Assembly: GCA_000934665.2 (NCBI GenBank)
Contig: KZ538463.1
Coordinates: 48,577 to 68,576 of the forward strand
DNA length: 20,000 nt
From: Catajapyx aquilonaris
Lineage: Eukaryota
Direction: 5' to 3'
Shown here: in pieces, positions 9,726 to 20,000 of the stretch
How the letters are laid out: each line of letters begins with the position of its first letter
Numbering within the stretch: the stretch's first letter is position 1
Notes under the pieces: generated by a model
Database searches by the model: none
Told to the model about the DNA's origin: nothing
Seen by the model: the letters and a program-made list of their open reading frames with translations, nothing else
Made by a program: the position numbers and the translations under genes

Positions 9726-11675
9726 AACGTTGTGCACACAAATCGATGTTTGTTTAGAGAAGATGTCTCCACTTGTAATTGAGCGATTTTGGAAGGAAGA
9801 CGAGAGCTTCAGTCAGATGCCAGGTTTAACTTGGATCCGGTTTTATGCAGAAAGCTGGTTTGAGAGGTTAAGAAAAGGCAATGATATGCACACAAAAAAA
9901 TCGTCTACAGTTGTACGAAAGAAAATTAGCGAAAAGCTGCCAGTACATAATCAGTACACACTCATGAGAAACATAATGTACAGTACAATCATCAATGTGC
10001 ATTACATTTATTTTCGCCTCAATTTGCGTTTTGTACAATGCCGGACAAGCAACATGCAGTTATGCCGTTTTTTATGCTAATTGAGCCTGAAAAGTTCCCC
10101 TAATCACGATTTGTATTATAATTTCTTGCGTTTTGTAACTTGCAACCATTTATTTCTTAGCCACTTCCTCCCACATTTCCGGTGCAATGACCTGTAATTG
10201 GACGCATGATCTTGTTAAAGCATTATGCAGCGTGGACTTATTCATACCGCTTTTTACTGGAGTTGTTGAAGTTTTTTTAAATGCAACGTACACACTTACG
10301 GTCTATAAATGTAATTAAATAATAAAAATAAATTACATAATAAATGTGGGTCCTGTTTGAAACCCATTATTTCCCTAACTATATCCTTCGGAAACTAACA
10401 CCTGCACACTGCTACACAGGAACTTCCCGATAACACCTGTCTATGTATATAGGCCAGTGTACAATATATTTTTTTTTGTATGTGATATGCACACTTCCAT
10501 CATAAATACCTTAACACGTCAGTTCAGGATGACCAGCTAAGCGCATAACTCATTTCGGCACAATGTGAAAACCCTCCCTGGTTTATTCAGCTGCGAAATT
10601 AGTTTGCAAGCCTCCCTTGTACAGTTACCTTAATTGCTCATGTAAATCACAGCTAACTGGGTTGGACAAAATGACAGATAAGCCAGGCTAAATTTTTCAA
10701 AAAAAAAATATTGTCACACGTTCAGATCGACATGTAGGAACATTTTCATGTATGACAGGCCAATAGGTTATATGTAATATTATAAAAATATTACAACATA
10801 TTGGCTTATATCTCTGGAGCTAACGCATTCTGTTTGTCCTGAAATTTGTAATTTTCTTTTCCAAGCCCTAAGTTTGGGGGCCCAAAGTTTTACATCCCGA
10901 TTTTAATGATCAATTTAAGAGAAATGACTTTGGGTTCGCGTGACGTGTCTCGTGATCGATGGAATTAGGAAAAGGGCTGAAAGTTTCCCACCTTCCATCC
11001 CCCCCCCCCAAAAAAAAATATTTTTTAAGGTAAAATAAGGGGGGTCTTTGACCTGACCGTCCGCCTTCATGGAAGCCAATTGGAGACCAGGCACGATGCA
11101 GAGCGTGAAGAACAAACGGAGCACAATGATAGGCGGGGAATCCAACCTTCCAATCGTGGTAATTTCCTCTCCCAGATCAAGCCTCCGCAAAAGTTTTAAC
11201 CCTCTAAACTGGGCCTATTTTTGGAAAAAAAAACCCTCATGAAGAGCCGCCCTTGTATGGGTGTATTCTTGTCTTGCTTTCTAGCCACTATATATCCATT
11301 AAGACTGGAGGCTCTTGAAATCTCATCCAACGAACAAAAAAAAACCCACCCAGAAGGCTCTTAGGAGAAACATAATTCTGCGAAGCTTCAACAAAAGCTA
11401 GAGTAAAAGCTTGAAGGCTTTCCGTCGGATGTCACGCGCTAACTTGCTAAATGGGGGTGTCGTAAAATATACGCTATAGAATCCGGGCGATTTTCTGGTA
11501 CGTGCGACATGCGATCGCACGCGCTATCCGGAAGCGATATTTCTCGAATAATTAGTTTAATAGGGACTAATATTCCCACCCTTTGTGAAGGTACAGCCTC
11601 GCACGGTTGCCGTTATGTTGCAATTATGCCCCCCCCCCCCCGACTGTCTATGTAGATGGCGCAAGTTGCCACAAG

Positions 11676-11758
11676 GTGACAGTGGTTCCATCCCCACGTT
11701 GGGCGCCATTGTCACAATGTGACAGTGGTTCCAGCCCCACGTTGGGCGCCATTGTCAC
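11676..11758. repeat. Tandem duplication of a 40-bp self-complementary unit (period 43)
   Basis: GTGACAGTGGTTCCA(T/G)CCCCACGTTGGGCGCCATTGTCAC at 11676-11715 and 11719-11758, one mismatch. Unit ends GTGACAGTGG / CCATTGTCAC are 9/10 complementary. Confidence 0.92.
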
Positions 11759-11778
11759 GTACTGCGTGAAACACTCAC

Positions 11779-12056
11779 CCTCCTGGTCTCAATGTCGAGA
11801 TTGAGGTTGGCTTTCCTTCTCTTGGTGTTGTCTCCGATTACAGGCACGCAAAGGAATAGCGTGGAGCACGCTATGCCGTCTTCCCTGTATCGGTCCAGTT
11901 GGTTCATGAGGTCCAAGGGTGGTCCTGAGGTGGCTTGTGCGTAGAGTCGCCGGACGTGGGCTGGTCTGTTAGCAGGAGACAAGATCTGGTCCTCAAACAC
12001 GTGCTGGATGTGGAAGTGCTCTTTCACCTCGCTGAACCTCGTCAGGTCTCCAGCGG
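11779..12056 (-). CDS. NHS/GUK-holder-like exon (278 nt), C-terminal part of the WAVE/SCAR homology domain
   Basis: Acceptor ctttcttcttcttaattttcacag|CC (phase 1) and donor AGG|gtgagt (phase 0). Encodes AGDLTRFSEVKEHFHIQHVFEDQILSPANRPAHVRRLYAQA...LDRYREDGIACSTLF...LNLDIETRR, which fits the WHD pattern (RP..V..LY...LD.YR.DG). Confidence 0.9.
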
Positions 12057-15000
12057 CTGTGAAAATTAAGAAGAAGAAAGTCAAGGGGGCTGCCCTAATT
12101 AGAATTAGACAGGGTGAGTCAGCACGTGCTAACAATTATTTATTTATGCCAGAATTACTCAATCTTCGTCCCCCCTATCCATGGGTGTCTGAGGGATTTC
12201 ATACCACCCAGGCTGTTCCCTAATTCACCCTCTAGATAGCATACAACGACGGCACCCTAGAGGCTTCCCCTACCCCCCAAAAAAGTGCGTCGCGTGCTTG
12301 GCACATTTTGGGGAAGAATACCCCCCATCATATAGCCCTGGACACACGTCCAAGAATGATGAGAATTCATTCAACGCCTCTCCATTTCATTTTCCTAGAA
12401 CCCGGACAATTTGACGGAGCCAACCACGGGGGGTTCTAATACATATTAATTTCCTGTGGGGGGAACCAACCGAACACTTTAATTAAATGTCAGCCCCCCT
12501 ATTTTTTTCCGGAGCACAAATGTTACACAGCATGTAATGACAGTGTTTATAGGAATTGGTAATAAGATCAGCAATTACCCAGCTGACACATTGAAAGGCT
12601 ACACGTCGCCCACACGTCCTGAGATTAACCGTAAAGACGACTCCGCCCCTGACACAACCGTGGGCGTCGACCATTTTTCTGGGCAAGGTGACTCACACAA
12701 GTGGGCAATACAAACTAGTCAAGTGTGGAATCAATGAGGAAAAAAAGTCCATGTTTCAAGGGCAAGTAATTCGAAATGGTATGAGTCGGAACTGATCCGA
12801 GTTATGGTCCATAAGGAGAAACAAATGATCGTGAAAACCGCGCAGTGTTGATGCTGAAAGTAGTTCTCGAACTTCACTGCTCTTTTTATTAGTAACGTGA
12901 TCAAACCCTCGAATCTTCCTTCATCCACGGTCTGCTTGCTTGCTTGTGCCTGCCTGCCTGCCTGCCCGAAGAAAGGAATCCGAGGCGTCTTCATGGCTTT
13001 GGCACCATTGTGCCAGAACTTTCGCTTGTCGTGAGCAGGAATTACCTTTCTGCTCACTTGAAAGGAAAGGCAGAAAAAGACAAGCAACGGAGGAAAAGGG
13101 AAAGCCCGGAATGTCGCTGTTGGCTGGAAACCATCCAACGACGATAGACCTACAGCTCCCAGATAAGAGGCAGTCTCCTATAATAATTCATATAAGGCTT
13201 AAAAGGAGCCGTACCATTTGGTACCGATATCTAGGGTGTAAAGTTGCCATTGTGGTAGATCTGATCTTGCCATTTATACTGGTGCACTTTCTATTTACGA
13301 GGAGGCTGTACCGACAACAGATTTCCCTCGGGGACAACAGTGGCTCCCTGCTCATCTTTGAAACAATCCATAACTGGTTTTTGGTCCTTTAATAATTCAA
13401 AATCCGCAGCTGGCTGAGTGTCTCCGGATGTGACCATCTATCCGGATCAGCCCTTTCCGGTCGTTTCCTCAATGTTTAGGGTCCGGGTTTACACTCGGAG
13501 TTTTTTTTTTCATACGTGCTGGAACTTCTTTTCGATGGTGGGCTACCACGCCATATTCTGGAGAAGTTTGGACCTCCAAATGGCTGCCTGGAAGTGCTGC
13601 TTGGGATCACAGATCACGTCACTTCCAAGATTCAAGAAAGTGTCCATTGTTGTTCCCTCCTCTGTGATGGTTTTTTTAAAAAAATAATTCCTCTCAGCCA
13701 TCTGCTACTATGTACCAACTCGTATGTCACATCTTGGCTAACCAATACAATATGGTCCTCTCAGACTCCGGAAGGAACTAGCACCCTCATTTCCAAATTC
13801 GGACCAGGAGCTCAAAATACGCCTAACTGTTAGAGGGGTTAGGGAGAAGAAGCAGCACTCATGTGGCCATGTGTCTGTCGAGAAGGTAATCTTCGGAGGT
13901 CAAAATGCATATGTGAAAGATAGTTGCCAGGTTGCAGTAGCAACTCACAATTTTTTTCCCCCACCAATTTCATCAAAAAAAAAGATGTTGCCTCAGCAAA
14001 CTTTGCTGGGTTTCCACCTGACCCAACCACATCTAGACTCCAGGAAAGAAAGCAAAGGAAAAAAAACGGATATTTGTGAAGACTCTTCTTCAGAGGAGTC
14101 GCTTTCATGTCCTCCGACTGGATCCTCTGAGAATTTTAAGCAGGGAAAGAACCCAAGGTTGCCAACGTTCCCTTGACCGATGAAGCGGATTCTTCCAACG
14201 CTTCATCTGGCACACTGGAGCATTCTTGTACCGTTAACGGTACTCTGACTCTGCATGAAATAGGCGAGGTTGACTTTAACAAATGAACAGGTGGAGCATA
14301 TGAAGTGTGGGAAAACTTGAAAGACTTATCCCCCCCAAGGAGATATTCTAAAATAGCAGCTTATGAATAGTTAGCAATACTTGCCCGACTTTGAATTATT
14401 TGAAGCAGCTAGCAGCCCATGGAATTTCAATAGGGTTCATTTATAGCCCTGACCTGAATGTCTAATCCATATCTTAAGCCTATTGCTATTAACCAGATAT
14501 GTCTGAATTAATTTTCTTTTACTTACCGACGTAGTACCATATCCCTCACATAGATTAGGTACATGAACCTTCGTCCCCCTTCCATATAGAAAGTGTCAAT
14601 ATTCCCAGAAAGGGAAATGAAATAGCGAGGATGACCGCATCCTGTTTGCTTTTGGCCCCTGCGCCTTTATGAAATTGGCAGCTAACCTTGTTTATTATCA
14701 GCTCAGGAGGAGGGGGGGTCATCATGGTTTGACAGGATGACGACCCGGAATGTCATCGATTCGGAGGGGGGGCTGCTGTGACCAAAATGAAACGTGCTAT
14801 CCAAAAGAGGCTGAGGCATTACCACCTTTTTCCAAAGAAAAAAAAATATCGGAAGTGGTCGGGCCACATTGACAACAGAGCGGCCCAACTGCATTCCTAA
14901 AAAGGAGGGGTGTCCCAAAAGGAAGTTTTTGGGAGGTGCCCCTCCCTCTGTAAGCTCCTTGAAAATATACAGACAGGAGAAATGGTTTTCTTCACACACA

Positions 15001-18000
15001 AAAATATGACCCAGGTATTTTCTGGCGGTTGTAAATTATCTTTCCCAGAGTTCAATGTCTTAACGATTTTTTTTCTTCTTCTTCTCTTCCGTCTTTTCTA
15101 GTGTAACCACGAAATCGATAGAAAGACTATTTCCTGCTGCATAGAACCTGGCACGTGTGGTAGCTGCATAATGTATGTGCGGTACTTGTAGCCAGCCCCA
15201 GTTTGCCAAAGTGTTAAACTCCTGCCAACATGTACGACCATTCCAATGTTTAATTCCGGTTCATAAACAGCGAAACATGAATGCAATTTGCCCATTTTGG
15301 GGAGGATTTGGCATGCATTGAATTTCCATACCAATTAGGTGCATAGAAAAGAGCCAATTCCGATTTTAATAATAATTAGGCAAACATGAGCCTATATTTC
15401 AGCCACAGCAACCGAGAGAATAACTTCGCAATTTTTTTGGCGGTGAACATGAAACGAGTTGCGAATTTCCACCACATGGCAGAGTAGTCAAGGACGTCGA
15501 AAATTACCTGAGGGAATGCTGACACTTTTTGCTTCCATCAAAATGTACAGGGTGATCCGTAAAGTACGTATATGATATTGTGATGGATACACCTAACAAT
15601 TTACCTTATAAATTACATTCTCTGTGCAAAATACCTTATAAATCTGGAAGGTAAGGAGAAATATAGAAGGTAAGGTCGTGCAGACACATGCTACCTCTTT
15701 ATAGTATTTATAGTTATATAGTTAAGACCCTATCGTCCTACCTGAGTTTAGAAGCAACATTTGGTACAGTACACAAGAAAAAGCATCAGTCACGATGAAT
15801 GAGCAATCAAGATGGAAGAGAGCCTGGGTCGGTTGGCGCCCAAATCTGCATCCTTTGTTCCCAATAGAGTGGTGCGCTGTCCTTGAGGGCAACCAACCCA
15901 TGGTGGACCCCCCATCCTCAACAAAAAGCCCCCTGCCTGATGGCTAGAGCCTTTCTCTTTTATCCAAAAGAGTCAGATGGTCTGGTTCGAAACTTGACTT
16001 TTGCAGCTTCTCTTCCACCATTCAAACATTTTTGGCACAGGTGCTAGAAAATTCATGCCATGCATAATTCAAACCCCCGGTTTAATTGCTTTCTAATTGG
16101 AACCATTGGGAAGATACAGCAGCTGGAGTTTAATGAAGTTCCCCCATTTTTACCAACAGGGAATGGGTAATGGCCCTCTTCTCACCTCATCAACTAAATG
16201 CGTCCCAATGTTTTGGGTTCACATTTAGCTTCTTCTCCAACAGTATATTGCACAGATGTCAAGGGAAGGCATGGTTGCCCAACCAAACAACAACGTCCCT
16301 GTCCGCCTCCAAAGTAGGTCGACACTACCCGACCTTCATGTCCACCATGGAATCCTCCAGTTACCGTTACCATTGTCAAGCTTTATAGACTACCAGACAT
16401 TTTCCGAGCCTTTTTCCCTAGAACGAAAACAAGAAAAATCCGGCGCCATTTTCCACCAACAGCCATTCATTTTGTTGAGCTCCGTCAGGCGTGACCAGAC
16501 CTACTTTCACCGACTACAAACTATTAAATCAGTGTTTCAGATGCTGCTGGACCACATCGCGGGATCATGTTTCCTGCGGGTTCCATATTATTTTGGGGAG
16601 GGGGTGGGGGGGGGGGGGATACGGAAAAGAGAAGCGTGGGTTGTCTCGAAATGCATCGCTGCCCTTTCCCTTGGCAAGGTCACACCTTTCACACCACGCT
16701 GGGAAAATCTTTTGGGTAATCTGCTATCGGATTATCGGGTTGACACCACAGGAATTTTTGGCCAGAAAGGCCCAACCCGCCCGAAAACGGTTTAAATAAT
16801 TCGGGGGGAAAAAAGTTTGCTTCCTTTTGATGGTTGCCAATGAAATTTAATTATCCAAGCTTTTATATACACCCACCCCCCTCCCCCCAAAGTGTATTTG
16901 ACTTTGTGATTAAATTTGAGGCCCAATCTGCTCACAGCTTGATAACAGTAGGCGATCTCATGAATACAAAAATATCAGGCCTAAAAAGGAAAATGTCTGA
17001 AAAACGTTGATTTTTTTAAAAAATCGCAAAAATTCAATTGCTTCCTAACATCAATATGCAAATTACTCAAAACAGGTTGAGTAGCGTCACGTGCCGCTAA
17101 TTGTTACTCATACTGTATGTTTTAAAAAAAATAGAGCATCACCAGGTGTAACATATCACATGCACACATGCGATCGGATAGAATCATCAAGTGTGCGCCT
17201 CAAGCCTTGTTTCACTCCCCCATTTTCTGATAAAAACATATATGCATTGTTGTAACCGAGCCCTGATAGCACAATGGTATCGGTTCAGAGCTGGATCGAG
17301 GGGAGGTTAAAACTGTTAAAGCAAACACTATAGGGGGGGGTACTGTTTGCATCCTTTGTTTGCGGATTTCCCGAATTTGGCGGGAAGAGTTTCCTAAATA
17401 TATAGGGGGGGATTGCAAATGGGGGAGGGTTTTAAATGGCCTCAGGGGAGATTTTCTAGCTCTCCCTCCACAAAATTTTCACCATGGCAGATGCAGGCTG
17501 AGGGTGAAATTTCCTTGAAGTGAGGAGTAAAGGCTGCCATTCGCAAATAATGTGCAAGCGACATTGATCCGAGAGGAATCCATCATGCTCAGGCGCATAG
17601 TTGATCAGCTAGAACCACACTTAGTTTTTTAAAAAAAAATAAAATAGAGTGAAAAATAAACACGCCAGGAAAATATTGGGCTAGAAAAGTTTCCAGAAGA
17701 AAAATCTTTCCTGTATAGAAGTTACAATTATCGTTTTTAAAAAACGTCTGAACTGTACAATGGCGTGTTCATACAATTGCTTTTTTGGGGGGCGGAAAAT
17801 GCGTTTTTTTGTCAATATGTGTTGAAAAAAAGAGGCTGCGTGAATAAGGCATGTAATATTTCCGTATTTTTTCCATCGTTCAAAAAAGTGGCTATGTAAA
17901 ATACACCGACATGCTCAACTTTTTATGCACTGAAAAAGGATGTCAAAAATGGAGTTCTAGATAGGCTACAATTTATAACTGAATTTGATCCAATGTAACA

Positions 18001-18777
18001 TGTAATGGGAGTCCTTAATTTTTCATCGCAGCCGTTGTACATTTTCAGATAATTAAGTTTTCATTTACACGTATACTCGACGTTCGAAGCTATATACATT
18101 TGTGTGGATTAATTGAGGGATTTATGGAGTTGTGATTTCCTGAAGTTGTTTCCCTAGTCAATTGGAGATAAATAGATAATAGCATGGAAAGCAAGGTGTT
18201 TTTCGTTTTTTTTTTCTTCAAAATGTTGCCAACCCGATGTGTGGATAAGTGGATATAACTCCCTGACGACAATTTCCCAATTAGCGACACAAAATGAGTT
18301 ACTCGGCAGTGAATAGATAATCACTTCAAACGTGCTCGCGAAATCCAATTCTGGCCTGCATTAAACCTAACTAGAGTATTCCTACTATAAGGCGATCAGT
18401 TGTTCCCATGTTGCCACATTGCCACTTTCTAACTTCAATGTAAATCACACCTTAAAAATTGCAACGTCGCTTCTTAATTTGCAGGTTTTTGGACTCCCAT
18501 TTTTTTTTTCAAGTCAGGATCCGGTACCTTTTGGGCAATATTGAATCAGATTAGGAGGCAAATAACCCGCTCTCTCATTCCAGGCTGTCACCGAGTCTCT
18601 TCTAAGGCATTGATTTCTCCAGAGAGTTCTCTATTAACATGCGCAGATCTATTCTTACACTTAGTACAATTTTGCGCACAAATCCGTCCCCCAGCATGTT
18701 CCCTTGTGAGAAACAATTCGCTGAAATTTTCTCTAAAGCAAAAATCGAAAAACCAATTTCCAAAATTTGAGGTCAGG

Positions 18778-18803
18778 GTTGCATCTGCAGTTGCAGATGC
18801 AAC
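18778..18803. repeat. Near-perfect 26-bp palindrome
   Basis: GTTGCATCTGCA-GT-TGCAGATGCAAC: 12-bp arms with a 2-nt spacer. Confidence 0.8.
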
Positions 18804-20000
18804 TCTCTGGCGGGAAGCCAGCTTTGCAAATATTCCTCCAGGGCTGCAGACCCTTCCCAAGAATATTGCAACTTTAAAAGGGACCCTTAAAGAAAATTCG
18901 AGCTCAGCTATTTTTTCGCACAATTTGGCAGTGGAAATTGAGCTGAATATTTCAAGGGGGGGTGGAATGACCTAATATGAGGTCGAGGGTTCATAATTTT
19001 TAGCTATAACCCAACCAAATCGACCCAAAGATACATATATGAACCCACCGCTTAATTAACCAAGTTGTCAATTAGGTTCGTCAATGCCAATTACAGCCAG
19101 CCTGGGCTTCCCATGAAAATTAATCCTTATCGACAGTTTGCCAATAAAACGTTCACCCAGTTTTTTTTAAAAGCGCTGACAGTTTATCACAGGTCAAAGG
19201 TCCTTGGTAGTGTAAACACTACTATCATGTAGTGCTGACATTATCGCAATGAATCATACCGTTTTTTGCTGTGTAAGTTACTCAGCGTCTAAAAATCACT
19301 GCAGGCGCCCAGTCGATTCTTTCGAGCTCAAATTTCACTCCCTAGCTCATAAACCTTGCCGCCAAATTAAGGTGGCCATTAAAAAAAAGGAAGGCTGCAG
19401 ACTCTTTTTTTCTCAACCAAAGAATGCTTGGATGGCCATGTTTAGTTGCTGCTTTTTCCACCATTCAAGGATGTCTACACGTATCCTCAGGCTGTAATTT
19501 CGCTTAGGATCTGTTGGAAATGGTACAGCTAAAGTGACTGCTATAAAAAAAATTGCAATATTTCCCACGCTACTTAGCCAGGTTTACGGTTTTTGACGAC
19601 TCTTGTTTGCTCGCATATGTATATGAGACCCCTGGTGATGTCCGCCAAACTTTTCCCATGTCCCTCCAAGGGATCTGCCCAAGATGGATGACCCCCAGCT
19701 AAACCCTCAAGGGGGGGCCAAATATCCCCTTTTTTGGGATGAGGGGGGAACCAGCCCCTGCCCAAACCCAAGAACCCACCTTGAAAAATGAAACTTCCCA
19801 AAGGCTCGTATTTCCGCCTTTAGAACAAGTAGAGAATGGGAAAGACGAAAAAAAAAAAATCTAGTCTTTGTGCCTACCGGAACTGGCTTTTTGATTTTAG
19901 TTCTCCTTTTTTGGGGAGTTGTCAGGGTCGATTATATGGGATGAACGTTTTAGCACACACTGTTGAATGTCTAGAAATATTTGTAGATATGCCCCCCCCC

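Larger units (their letters stand above)
1..12056 (-). other. Partial spliced gene of the NHS / NHS-like / GUK-holder (Drosophila gukh-like) family; 5' and 3' ends outside the window
   Basis: Six exons splice in frame through GT-AG sites with consistent phases. The translation carries motifs I recognise from NHS-family proteins in the expected order: WAVE-homology segment, VDVTGRRFERM..RRSL, RRRNTITG, SSSGNWS, DTEGYYTSFHIDSG, IPSLCVVTPP. Family assignment is by recalled motif similarity, not a database search. Confidence 0.9.

Noticed and set aside
13049..13059. Possible 11-nt microexon (pyrimidine tract-aag|TGAGCAGAAAG|gtaatt, minus strand)
   Set aside because: Not a multiple of three and no nearby in-frame ATG, so it cannot be supported without transcript data.
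16256..16795. 179-aa plus-strand ORF, and the 144-150-aa ORFs at 18541-18975 and 12940-13392
   Set aside because: Non-ATG starts, no recognisable motifs, and the first runs through a G homopolymer; consistent with chance intronic ORFs.
19640..19800. G/C-run-rich patches resembling MITE fragments (also ~14700-14950 and ~17325-17470)
   Set aside because: I could not define TIRs, TSDs or a second copy in the window.

Overview
Eukaryotic (metazoan, probably arthropod-like invertebrate) genomic DNA. It holds the middle of one large spliced minus-strand gene of the Nance-Horan syndrome (NHS) / GUK-holder family, which are WAVE-homology-domain actin regulators. Six coding exons (12056-11779, 7839-7469, 6149-5468, 3396-3061, 2655-1410, 133-<1) join through canonical GT-AG sites with matching phases (1|0|2|0|0|1) into about 1,015 uninterrupted codons. 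The start and stop codons lie outside the window, and 12057-20000 appears intronic. The introns carry several structured elements: an array of six RFX X-box-like palindromes at a ~17-bp period (2863-2960), a CpG-rich ~880-bp hAT-like non-autonomous element with two-level internal repeats (4574-5454), a nested hairpin with a duplicated arm (3826-3947), and a duplicated hairpin beside a splice donor (11676-11758). The last intron has competing splice sites and UGCAUG/UG-rich motifs. I see no prokaryotic system, RNA gene or CRISPR array. Most other listed ORFs are antisense shadows or chance ORFs.
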